This document shows positions 7,943 to 17,213 of a DNA stretch of 64,000 nt, in pieces (position 1 is the first letter of the stretch; each line of letters starts with the position of its first letter). Where the stretch lies: the NCBI GenBank assembly GCA_017626395.1, contig JAGAIU010000055.1, positions 21,852 to 85,851 of the forward strand, written 5' to 3'. The notes under the pieces were generated by a model. The model was given only the letters and a program-made list of their open reading frames with translations. It had not been told where the DNA came from and did no database searches. The position numbers and the translations under genes are program-made. Source of the DNA: Clostridia bacterium. Lineage in GTDB: Bacteria > Bacillota > Clostridia > TANB77 > CAG-465.

Positions 7943-8944
7943 TTATTCATTATGAAAATTCATAAACTCTGTAAATCTATTTTGAATATTTGGCATTAAC
8001 GAATCATTTGAACAATTTAATACAATATTTATACCATCTTCACTTTCTAATTTTATAACACCATATCTACATACTGGGTATCTTCTATTATTACTAAATC
8101 TTCTGTCAGGTCCTCCAGTTTTGTTAACATATTGCCATGTATAATCAACTATATTAGAATCACTACAAACAGGTTTAGATTCTACAAATCTTGTATATGA
8201 GAAATGTGCTATCATATCTTTGTAATTCCTTCCACCAACTTTATTTAATCCTCTAAAAATTATCATTCTATCTGGTGTGAAATAAATTTTTTCTTTTTTT
8301 AATTTTAAACAATATACTTTAATATTATTTTTTATATACCAAGGCATTTTTAATTTAAGAGATGCAAAACTTCTTGTTACATTATTATCTGCTCCAGAAT
8401 TATATTTAATATTATAAACTTTAGTAGATGTATTTATTTGCCAGATTTTTTTATTTTTACATATTTCTTCCCAAAATTTATTAAGACTATTATATTTATT
8501 AGAGCTAAACTCATCAAATTCATAAGTTAAATCAATTTTCCACCTTTTAGCAATTAATATTTTTAATAAAATTCCAACAGGTATTAAATAAAAAGAAAAT
8601 AAGCATATATTAGATATAATATTAATACATCTAGTTTTATTTATTTGTTTTAATATTTCATCATCTTTTGACATTTCAGAAATATTTAAATTTTCAAAAA
8701 CTTCGGTTTCTCCTGTTATTAACTTTGTATCATAATTATACCTTACATTATTATTATCTTTTTTTCCTTCTTCTATATAAGATATTCCCGTTCCCGGAAT
8801 TGAATATGTTTGTCTAGTTCTTCCTAATGCTGTTTTAGTAACTCGATACCCTGGTATCCCCCAACTGTATCCTACACCTGATTTACTTAAGTTAATCTTA
8901 AATCCACCACCTAAATTTATACTTTTCTTAAATCTAAAACCCAT
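7943..8944 (-). CDS. DUF4236-domain membrane protein
   Basis: N-terminal MGFRFKKSINLGGGFKINLSKSGVGYSWGIPGYR; TM segment; WQYVNKTGGPDRRF; GAGGTG SD. Confidence 0.8.
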   Translation of the reverse strand: MGFRFKKSINLGGGFKINLSKSGVGYSWGIPGYRVTKTALGRTRQTYSIPGTGISYIEEGKKDNNNVRYNYDTKLITGETEVFENLNISEMSKDDEILKQINKTRCINIISNICLFSFYLIPVGILLKILIAKRWKIDLTYEFDEFSSNKYNSLNKFWEEICKNKKIWQINTSTKVYNIKYNSGADNNVTRSFASLKLKMPWYIKNNIKVYCLKLKKEKIYFTPDRMIIFRGLNKVGGRNYKDMIAHFSYTRFVESKPVCSDSNIVDYTWQYVNKTGGPDRRFSNNRRYPVCRYGVIKLESEDGINIVLNCSNDSLMPNIQNRFTEFMNFHNE

Positions 8945-9005
8945 ATTGTTCACCTCATTTTAATTATAACATAAATTTATAAAAGTAAATGAAAATTTAT
9001 TTTAT

Positions 9006-9050
9006 AAAAAAAACAACTCTTGCAACACTATTTCTAGTATTACAAGAGTT
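9006..9050 (-). terminator. terminator of tRNA-His/Gln operon
   Basis: AACTCTTGTAATACTA-GAAA-TAGTGTTGCAAGAGTT plus T-tract. Confidence 0.8.
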
Positions 9051-9058
9051 ATAATATT

Positions 9059-9133
9059 TGGCTGGGCTGGCTGGATTCGAACCAGCGCATGCCAGAGTCA
9101 AAGTCTGGTGCCTTACCGCTTGGCGACAGCCCA
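9059..9133 (-). tRNA. tRNA-Gln (UUG)
   Basis: TGGGCTGTCGCCAAGCGGTAAGGCA-CCAGA-CTTTGAC-TCTGG...GGTTCGAATCC...GCCA. Confidence 0.96.
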
Positions 9134-9147
9134 ATGTAAAAAAGTAC

Positions 9148-9224
9148 TGGGGTGAATAGTGGGACTTGAACCCACGACATCCAGTGCCACAAACTGGCGC
9201 TCTACCGACTGAACTATATCCACC
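9148..9224 (-). tRNA. tRNA-His (GUG)
   Basis: GGTGGATATAGTTCAGTCGGTAGAGCG-CCAGT-TTGTGGC-ACTGG...GGTTCAAGTCC...CCCA, with G-1. Confidence 0.96.
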
Positions 9225-9298
9225 ATTCAGCTACTTTTCCATTATAATATTTTTTTAATCATTTGTCAATATCTTGTGCAAAATTTTATTAAAAATAC

Positions 9299-9937
9299 CT
9301 AGTATTCAACAACTATCTTGTATATTGGTCCAAAAGGTGAAAATTTCTTTTCATACTCAGTTTCAATATTAAATACTTCCGTTTTATGAAGATCAAGATA
9401 AACTTCTATGAACTTTAGTCCATAATTTTGCATACTAACAAGACTATATTCAAAAAGTCCTCTATTATCTGTTTTAAATTCTATTTGACCATTGTCTCTT
9501 AAAACTTTTTTGTACTCTGCTAAAAATTTTTCATTTGTTAATCTTCTTTTAGTATGCTTTTTCTTAGGCCATGGATCACTAAAATTTAAATATATTTTTT
9601 CAATTTGATTTTCCTCAAACATTTGAGCTATTTCTATAGCATCAAAAGACATGAAATATAAATTGTTTATTCTTATACTATTTTCTTCTTCATATCTTTG
9701 TAATTTTTTTACTGCAAGTGCAAGCACAGGTGGTGAAAGTTCAACACCTATGTATATATTATCTTGATCTAATAAAGATAATTGGGTTATAAAATCTCCT
9801 TTACCCATTCCAATTTCTAAGTATATTTTTTTATCTTTATTTTCAGATATAATGTTTTGTATTGTTTCTCTATCCTTTATATATCTATCAAACTCATTCA
9901 TTTGTTCAATAGCTTTAGGATTAAATCTGGTTCTCAT
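9299..9937 (-). CDS. trmB: tRNA (guanine-N7)-methyltransferase
   Basis: LEIGMGKG, YLNFSDPWPKKKHTKRRLT, FKTDN, TEYEKKF. Confidence 0.96.
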   Translation of the reverse strand: MRTRFNPKAIEQMNEFDRYIKDRETIQNIISENKDKKIYLEIGMGKGDFITQLSLLDQDNIYIGVELSPPVLALAVKKLQRYEEENSIRINNLYFMSFDAIEIAQMFEENQIEKIYLNFSDPWPKKKHTKRRLTNEKFLAEYKKVLRDNGQIEFKTDNRGLFEYSLVSMQNYGLKFIEVYLDLHKTEVFNIETEYEKKFSPFGPIYKIVVEY

Positions 9938-9946
9938 TTTTCCTCC

Positions 9947-10654
9947 TTAAATTTTTGTAATTGCTATTCCTATAAATTCAAAAACAAAAGCAAGTACACT
10001 AAGTATTATAAACATTAAGTATGGTATTTTAACATTATATGATTGCATTTCTTTAGCTTTAGCTTCTTTTTTATTAGCAATCTCTTGTAATTTTTTTTCA
10101 TCTTTTTTTATTTCATAGAAATGTTTCTTAATATCATCCATTCCATAATCTGTGGAATGTTCAAATTTATTTCTCTTTGTTGTTAATTTGCAAAAGTATA
10201 AACCTATTACTACACTTAAAGAAATTCCTATAACTTGAATTAATCCACCTACATATAATGTTGGCATATAACTTAACCCATAAGCACTTCTTAAAACCAT
10301 ATCTGTAGTAATATTTAATGCTTGACCAGCACCAAATACAGATATAGGAACATATGGTGTAATTCCTGCAATTAGCATTATTAAAGTAAGGAAACCACTG
10401 TCTCTTACTTGGCTTCCAAAGGCTAATGGATTAACTGCTGATGTTACTGATGACAGACCACTATTATTAAGTTCAATCATTTTCCCCACAAAAGAAATAG
10501 TATATAAAATTGCAATTATTATAAAAACTATAATATGCCATTTTTTTAAGTTCTCATCATAGAATTTTTTTATTTGTTTTAGTATTCCTTCTTCACCGAC
10601 ATTAATATTTATATTTTTAGTATTTTTTGAATTTGCTTTTCCTTCGTTTTCCAT
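9947..10654 (-). CDS. hypothetical multi-pass membrane protein
   Basis: Several hydrophobic helices; co-oriented between rnr and trmB with SD. Confidence 0.7.
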   Translation of the reverse strand: MENEGKANSKNTKNININVGEEGILKQIKKFYDENLKKWHIIVFIIIAILYTISFVGKMIELNNSGLSSVTSAVNPLAFGSQVRDSGFLTLIMLIAGITPYVPISVFGAGQALNITTDMVLRSAYGLSYMPTLYVGGLIQVIGISLSVVIGLYFCKLTTKRNKFEHSTDYGMDDIKKHFYEIKKDEKKLQEIANKKEAKAKEMQSYNVKIPYLMFIILSVLAFVFEFIGIAITKI

Positions 10655-10673
10655 ATCAACACCTCTTATTTAA

Positions 10674-12830
10674 TTATACAACTTCAAAGTCAATTTGTTT
10701 AGTTAAAACGTCAGATTTTATTAATTTTACTCTTAATTTATCTCCAATTTTATATTTTTTAGATGTATTTTTACCAATTAACATTCTAGTTGATTCGTCA
10801 TATATATAATAATCTCCTGGAATATCATGGAACGATACAAAACCTTCAACTGTATTTTCAAGTTTAACAAAAATTCCAAATGATGTAATTGAAGATACTC
10901 TTGCATCAAATTCTTCACCAACAAAATCTTTCATATATAATGTTGAATATAAACTATCAAAATCTCTTTCAATTTTAGTTGCATCTTTTTCAAGTTCAGA
11001 TGAACTTTTAGCATATTTTTCTGCTTGTTTTTCTAGTTTAGATAACTCATTATCCTTAAACATCAATTTATTTTCTAAAGCTTTAGATATTACTCTATGT
11101 ATGAATAAATCTGGATATCTTCTTATTGGTGATGTAAAGTGACAATAATATTTAGCATTAAGTCCAAAGTGTCCTAAACATTCATTACTGTACTTTGCAA
11201 GTTTTAAAGATCTTAACATATATGTTGAGATTATATCTTTATCTTCTGGAATTTCTATTCCATTTAATATATCTGATAAAGCTTTAGGATGTACATCCTT
11301 TATACCTTTTATTTTTAATTTATAATTAGCAAGAATTGAGTTTAAATCTCTTAATTTTTCTTCATCTGGCTTTTCGTGAATACGGTAAATAAATGGTAAT
11401 TCTAAGAAATAATATTTTTCTGCTACTGCCATATTAGTTACAAGCATAAACTCTTCTATTATTTGATTAGCAAAAGTTGTATGATAAGGTTCAATAGTTT
11501 CAACATCTTCATTTTCATTTAATACTATATGAGTTTCAGGAATATTGAAGTTAATACAACCTTCTGCTGTTCTTTTATCATTTAATATTCTTGCAAGTTC
11601 TTCCATAAGTAATAAATCTTGTTTATACTCACCATATTCTTTAACTAATTCTTCATCTTCTTGGTTAGTTATAACTTTATATACTTTTTCATAACTCATT
11701 TTTTTAGTTACTTTTATTACTGCTTTAAATACTTCTGAACTTAGCACTTCACCATTTGGAGAAATCAGCATATCTACTGCTAAAGAAAGTCTTTCTTCAC
11801 CCGCATTTAAACTACATATTCCATTTGAAAGTTTTTTAGGTAGCATAGGAATAACTTTTCCTGGTATATAAATACTAGTTCCTCTTGCTATTGCCTCTTT
11901 ATCTAAAGGAGTATGCTCTTTAACATAGTGACTTACATCTGCAATATATACAGATAATAAATAATCTCCGTTATCTCTTTTCTTTACAGATATAGCATCA
12001 TCTAAATCTTTTGCATCTTCTGAGTCAATTGTATATATACGCTCAGATGTTCTATCTACTCTATCTACTTTTTCTTCAGGTAAAACAACATCCGGTATAG
12101 TTTCAAGTTCTTCTACTACTAAGTCATTAAATTTTTCCATTTCATCTAAACCATAAGATATATATAATGATTTAGCATCTATATGTGCATCGGATGAATC
12201 TCCTATTATTCTAGTTATTCTTCCCTCTGCTTTAGTATTGTTAGTAGGATACTTTTCTATTGTAACTTGTACAACTTGACCATCTTTAATATTTGCTGAG
12301 TTCTTTTTAGATATGTATATATCTTCAATGCTATCATCTATTGGTACAACAAATCCGAAATTTCTAGATTTAGAAAATCTACCGATAACTTGAGTAACGT
12401 TTCTTTTAAGTATTTTTGCTACTTTACCTTCTCTACTTCTGCCTGTTGAATCACAAATTTCTACTAGAATTTCATCATCATTCATAGCACCATTTAAATT
12501 TTTAGCAGAGATATACACATCTTCTCCTTCTTCTACAAGACCAAATCCAAATCCTGCACTTTTTGCTTGATATCTACATCTTACTAAATTAGATTTACTA
12601 TATGGAACATATCTTTTACTATCATCTAAATATATAATTCCTTCATTTTCTAATTCTGTTAATATTCTATCTAATTGGGCTAAATCACTTTTAGGTATAG
12701 AAAACAATGCTACAATTTGTTTTCTAGTTACAAGTTCGTATTTATTATCCAAAAAGAAGGAAGTTAATACTTCCTTCCTCATAGTGTATTTATCCTTTTG
12801 ATTTTTATTAACTATCTTTTTACTATTCAT
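10674..12830 (-). CDS. rnr: ribonuclease R
   Basis: TIDSEDAKDLDDAIS, HFTSPIRRYPDL, cold-shock and S1 domains. Confidence 0.96.
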   Translation of the reverse strand: MNSKKIVNKNQKDKYTMRKEVLTSFFLDNKYELVTRKQIVALFSIPKSDLAQLDRILTELENEGIIYLDDSKRYVPYSKSNLVRCRYQAKSAGFGFGLVEEGEDVYISAKNLNGAMNDDEILVEICDSTGRSREGKVAKILKRNVTQVIGRFSKSRNFGFVVPIDDSIEDIYISKKNSANIKDGQVVQVTIEKYPTNNTKAEGRITRIIGDSSDAHIDAKSLYISYGLDEMEKFNDLVVEELETIPDVVLPEEKVDRVDRTSERIYTIDSEDAKDLDDAISVKKRDNGDYLLSVYIADVSHYVKEHTPLDKEAIARGTSIYIPGKVIPMLPKKLSNGICSLNAGEERLSLAVDMLISPNGEVLSSEVFKAVIKVTKKMSYEKVYKVITNQEDEELVKEYGEYKQDLLLMEELARILNDKRTAEGCINFNIPETHIVLNENEDVETIEPYHTTFANQIIEEFMLVTNMAVAEKYYFLELPFIYRIHEKPDEEKLRDLNSILANYKLKIKGIKDVHPKALSDILNGIEIPEDKDIISTYMLRSLKLAKYSNECLGHFGLNAKYYCHFTSPIRRYPDLFIHRVISKALENKLMFKDNELSKLEKQAEKYAKSSSELEKDATKIERDFDSLYSTLYMKDFVGEEFDARVSSITSFGIFVKLENTVEGFVSFHDIPGDYYIYDESTRMLIGKNTSKKYKIGDKLRVKLIKSDVLTKQIDFEVV

Positions 12831-12845
12831 ATCTTTTCTTTAACC

Positions 12846-13082
12846 TTATTTTATTATTGAAAATGTTGTAGCAAAGCATAGAATACAGAAAACTATAGCT
12901 AAAACAACAGTATATTTAGATAATATACCATCTAATGTTTTTGATTTATTTGATCCATAAAATGTATTACTTCCAGTAACAGCTGATTGTCCATCTTTAC
13001 TTGATTGTAGCATTACAACCACTGTAAGAATGATACCAACTATTATTGTAGCTATTGCTAAAGTCCAATCTATCCAACCCAT
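12846..13082 (-). CDS. secG: preprotein translocase subunit SecG
   Basis: Two TM helices, VVMLQSSK, position upstream of rnr. Confidence 0.88.
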   Translation of the reverse strand: MGWIDWTLAIATIIVGIILTVVVMLQSSKDGQSAVTGSNTFYGSNKSKTLDGILSKYTVVLAIVFCILCFATTFSIIK

Positions 13083-13167
13083 ATTGTATTCCTCCTATTT
13101 AATCTTGTTTTTTTTACTCACTTATTATAGCATAAAAGATATTAAAATACAAGCATTTGTAAATGTT

Positions 13168-15123
13168 TTATTTAATTGCCTCTAGTAACGAGTTAATTTT
13201 ATCACTATTTAATAACATATTCTTTTCTTCAAATACATCAAGTATATATCCTGTATACTCCTCATACATTTGAGAAGCATAATCATTATATCCATGATTT
13301 ACAATTAATTTATTTAAATTATTTGTTAGAAATACTAAGTAATCTACATAGCCTTGTTCAATGTCTGAACTATAATTTATTACTACTAAATAATCCAAAT
13401 ATTTTGTTATATAGTATAAAGCATCTTCTATTACATATTTGTTATTTTTCTCATATTTTAATTCATTATTTACGCTCTTTTCTATTTTAGATATTATTTC
13501 ATATCTCTTTTCTAGATTTTCTTCACCATATATTTCTTTTCTAATATCCATTATATCTAAATATGTCCTACAAGCAACTATGTAATTATTTATATAATCT
13601 AAATCATAAGGATCAAGTTTTAAAGATAATCCACAAAAATTAATAACTTGTTCTTGTTTAGATAAACTGTTATTTAAATTATCTACTTTAACTGGTTGTA
13701 TAATTGTTGCTAATGTTTGACTCAATGTAATACCAAATACTATAACAAATAGGATTACATACCCTACTTTAAATTTAGTACTAACTTTTTCCACTTTATC
13801 TACACACATACCAAATAGTATTGCCAGTACAAACAACATGAATGTGTATGTTAAAAATACATCAAATGCACTAAATATTAAAAGTGCAATTAACATTAAT
13901 ATATATATATTATTTTCAGATTTCTTCATTATATATGCAATTACAGCTATTATACTTACCAGTCCTAAAATTCCAGATTCAACTAAAACTTGCATAAATA
14001 AACTATGAACTTCAAGTGATATATATTCTATACTCTGAACAGTCTCATATGCCGTTCTAAAGCCATTTCCGCCTATACCGAATAACAGATTAGGTATAGA
14101 CTTTGTAACTATCTTTAAAGCGTCATTATAATACGTAAGTCTTAAATCTGTACTATCAAAATTCGTAAAGTAATCTGTTAATCTAGTAACCATTGAGCTA
14201 TTAATTATTAAGTTAATATTTACTATACTAAATACTAAAATTAAAGCTATTACTATTGCATCTAAATTAACTTTTTTATTTGCTACTTCTACGTTATTTC
14301 TTAGTAAATTATACACAGTAAACACAGCTAAACTAAGAATAATTACTAATATAATATTAAATTTAGCACATAATACAGATGCTATAAATCCATATGCTAT
14401 ATTTACAAAGTTGTATAGTATCTTTTCTCTCTTTTTATTTTTAAAACAAAATATTGTAGTAAAGATTATTGTTAGTAACATTACCATTTTAGATTGTGTT
14501 AAAAACATCATAACTGTAAAGAACTGTATTAATAATGTAACAGTTATTTTCTTAGTTTTGCTATACTCTTTAGTTTGTATCTTGTTCATTAAGTATAAAA
14601 TACTAATAGTGCATAGAATACCTAAAATATTTGCATATTGAAGCACAGAAGATAATTTTCCAGCATTATCATCTAGATATCCACTTCCAATAGAGCTTAA
14701 CATTTTATCTAATATTCTAAAACTCATTTCATCTATTCCAAGCAGTCCAAATATTAATGTAAATGCTACTATAGATTTAACATACTTTTCTTTATTTTCA
14801 CTACTTGATACCAAACAGAATATTAAATACATTGTATATATTCTAGTTGCAAAATTTAAAGCACCTGACATAGTAGTTGCATTAAATATTACTGGTATAA
14901 AATACGATATTGAAAAGATTAATAGAAACAAACTTACTATACTATTTTTCTTGATATCTCTTATATTTAAAAGAAAAAATATAGCAGATATAATTTGAAT
15001 TACACATACACCAATTAGTGCATCTTGTTTATAATATCCACCTTTTTTTATTCCAATTAAAAATAGAATAATTACCAAAGCATATTCTAAAATACTATTT
15101 ATTTTCTTTTTATCTAAAATCAT
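13168..15123 (-). CDS. O-antigen ligase (Wzy_C)-family membrane protein
   Basis: LSSVLQYAN, LTQSK, FGIGGNGF, EVHSLFMQVLVESGILG; many TMs. Confidence 0.82.
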   Translation of the reverse strand: MILDKKKINSILEYALVIILFLIGIKKGGYYKQDALIGVCVIQIISAIFFLLNIRDIKKNSIVSLFLLIFSISYFIPVIFNATTMSGALNFATRIYTMYLIFCLVSSSENKEKYVKSIVAFTLIFGLLGIDEMSFRILDKMLSSIGSGYLDDNAGKLSSVLQYANILGILCTISILYLMNKIQTKEYSKTKKITVTLLIQFFTVMMFLTQSKMVMLLTIIFTTIFCFKNKKREKILYNFVNIAYGFIASVLCAKFNIILVIILSLAVFTVYNLLRNNVEVANKKVNLDAIVIALILVFSIVNINLIINSSMVTRLTDYFTNFDSTDLRLTYYNDALKIVTKSIPNLLFGIGGNGFRTAYETVQSIEYISLEVHSLFMQVLVESGILGLVSIIAVIAYIMKKSENNIYILMLIALLIFSAFDVFLTYTFMLFVLAILFGMCVDKVEKVSTKFKVGYVILFVIVFGITLSQTLATIIQPVKVDNLNNSLSKQEQVINFCGLSLKLDPYDLDYINNYIVACRTYLDIMDIRKEIYGEENLEKRYEIISKIEKSVNNELKYEKNNKYVIEDALYYITKYLDYLVVINYSSDIEQGYVDYLVFLTNNLNKLIVNHGYNDYASQMYEEYTGYILDVFEEKNMLLNSDKINSLLEAIK

Positions 15124-15206
15124 TTTTCACCCTCTAATATACCGAAATTATATATTATTTTATATAAAAATTCAATAAAAAAAGAAGCCTAAACTATATT
15201 AAGCTC

Positions 15207-15383
15207 CTATGAATCTAAATTTTTAAGTCCGTACTCTATAATTTGATTTACTACACTATTAAAAGATATATTATTCTTTTCTGCCACAGCAGTTATTCTA
15301 TCATAAGTTTTACCACTCATTCTAATTGTACGTGTTATTGTATCTTTATTTCTAGTATTTGCCACTATTTTTAGTTTCTCCAT
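15207..15383 (-). CDS. ribbon-helix-helix DNA-binding protein, copy 2 (58 aa, not in ORF track)
   Basis: MEKLKIVANTRNKDTITRTIRMSGKTYDRITAVAEKNNISFNSVVNQIIEYGLKNLDS; about 34/57 identical to 3385-3573; AGGTGA SD. Confidence 0.82.
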   Translation of the reverse strand: MEKLKIVANTRNKDTITRTIRMSGKTYDRITAVAEKNNISFNSVVNQIIEYGLKNLDS

Positions 15384-15427
15384 ATTCTCACCTATTTTTA
15401 TTATATGTAAAAACTTGACGAAAATTA

Positions 15428-15445
15428 GTGTACTAAAAAGTGTAC
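15428..15445. promoter_or_regulatory. putative RHH operator GTGTAC-N6-GTGTAC
   Basis: Same position and spacing relative to the RHH gene as 3619-3636. Confidence 0.55.
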
Positions 15446-15523
15446 ATTCAAATTTTATATTATAATTTACTAGTATTTTACATTATTTTATATTAAAATA
15501 TAGTTATATAAAGGAGAATTGAT

Positions 15524-15859
15524 ATGGAAAGAATATATAATAAATTGGTACGTGATAGAATACCTGAAATAATTTCAAATAAAGGTGAACAACCTATAAC
15601 TCATATTCTTAATGACGAAGAATACAAGAAAGAATTAGAAAAGAAACTATATGAAGAATATAATGAAGTTTTAGGAGCTACTAATTCTAATGATAGAATT
15701 GAAGAACTTGCAGATATGTTAGAAATACTTAAAGCTCTTGCCTCTTTAGAAAATAAAACAATTGAAGACGTTTTAGAAGTAGCTGATCAAAAAGCTCAAA
15801 AACGTGGTGGATTTAAAAATAAGATATTTTTAGAAAAAGTTATATCCGATAAAAATTAA
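15524..15859 (+). CDS. MazG-like / phosphoribosyl-ATP pyrophosphohydrolase-like NTP pyrophosphatase
   Basis: YNKLVRDRIPEII, KLYEEYNE, EELADMLE, KRGGF. Confidence 0.88.
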   Translation: MERIYNKLVRDRIPEIISNKGEQPITHILNDEEYKKELEKKLYEEYNEVLGATNSNDRIEELADMLEILKALASLENKTIEDVLEVADQKAQKRGGFKNKIFLEKVISDKN

Positions 15860-15885
15860 TTAACTAATTTTTATATTTTAGACAA

Positions 15886-15914
15886 CAAAAAAGAACTAAG
15901 CTTAGCTTAGTTCT
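15886..15914. terminator. terminator between MazG-like gene and tRNA-Arg
   Basis: AGAACTAAGC-TTA-GCTTAGTTCT with flanking A/T tracts. Confidence 0.7.
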
Positions 15915-15919
15915 AATTT

Positions 15920-15996
<77 letters not shown>

Positions 15997-16084
15997 ATCT
16001 GTACTATTCAGTACTCCAATATAATAACACAGTTTGAATAAAAAATCAAGCACTTTTTACACTTTTTTATATTTTTTTCATTTT

Positions 16085-17203
16085 TTATACTTCATTTGTA
16101 TCAATTACAATTAATGGAACTTCCATTTCTTCTTTTGTAAGCCCTGCATGTCTTGCTGCCATTTTGAAATCATCTCTATTCCATTCAATAGCTTTATCCC
16201 CTATTCCAAAAGCTATGTAATCTCCAACAAATTCATCTATTTTAGGATTTTTCTCTCCTGTACCAAATAGATTTTTTTCATAAATTTCATCTTTAGATAA
16301 AAGTAAGAAATCTTTTTCAAATACTTTGTTAAATTCAGTTTTAAATATTTCTTTAAATTCTTCTTTAACAAAGAAATTTAAAGCTCTAGTTTCTATACTT
16401 GGTCTTCTTTCTAGCATATCTTGTAGTTTAGGATAATCTTCCATATATATAGTTTGTGTATCTATTAATCCATGATCTGCCATTACTATTATTAAGCTAT
16501 CTTTTAACATTTCAGATATTTCACAAACTAAACTATTAATATATTTAACATTTTCTTTTACATATTCATGATCTGTACCAAGTGCATGCATAACAGCATC
16601 TGGTTCTTCAACATATGTATAGATAAAATCCTCAGATGGATCTTTAGATATCTCTACTACTCTTCTTAGCATTTCTTCACAAGAATATGCAGATTCATCT
16701 GTATCTGAATACTTAGAAATATCATGAGTTTTTACTCTTCCATTTGTTATTTCTTTTATTCTATCAAATACATTGTGATATCCTATATATTTTCTTGCAA
16801 CATTACAATCTTGTATTTGCTCATTACTATCTTGATATGTATTTTTAAATACAGTAATATTTGCATCATATTCTTTAAAATACATATCCCAACCAAGCCA
16901 AGAATGCTCAATTGGAGCTTTACCACTTTCAACAGTTGGTATTGCACAAGCTGTTGTAGATGGACATACAGATGATATTGTATCAGCAAAATGTTGCATT
17001 AAAAAATCTGTTGGTTTTAAATGCTTCTTTAATGTTGATACTCCCATACCATCAAAAAGCATAAGTACTATATTTTCATATTTATTTTTTAGTTTTTCAT
17101 CTAGTACTTCTAAGCTTTTATGTCCGTTATTATATCCGTAATATTTAAGTATTGAACTTATTACAGATAATATACTTTTATCATAATCAGGATATTTTAT
17201 CAT
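16085..17203 (-). CDS. alkaline phosphatase superfamily / nucleotide pyrophosphatase-phosphodiesterase
   Basis: LFDGMG, PSTTACA, EPDAVMH, MADHG, HAGLTKEEMEVP. Confidence 0.85.
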   Translation of the reverse strand: MIKYPDYDKSILSVISSILKYYGYNNGHKSLEVLDEKLKNKYENIVLMLFDGMGVSTLKKHLKPTDFLMQHFADTISSVCPSTTACAIPTVESGKAPIEHSWLGWDMYFKEYDANITVFKNTYQDSNEQIQDCNVARKYIGYHNVFDRIKEITNGRVKTHDISKYSDTDESAYSCEEMLRRVVEISKDPSEDFIYTYVEEPDAVMHALGTDHEYVKENVKYINSLVCEISEMLKDSLIIVMADHGLIDTQTIYMEDYPKLQDMLERRPSIETRALNFFVKEEFKEIFKTEFNKVFEKDFLLLSKDEIYEKNLFGTGEKNPKIDEFVGDYIAFGIGDKAIEWNRDDFKMAARHAGLTKEEMEVPLIVIDTNEV

Positions 17204-17213
17204 ATATTCCCCT

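Noticed and set aside
2549-9133. tRNA-Gln pair as attL/attR of a prophage
   Set aside because: Both are complete tRNAs with different anticodons and diverged sequences; no integrase or phage structural genes.
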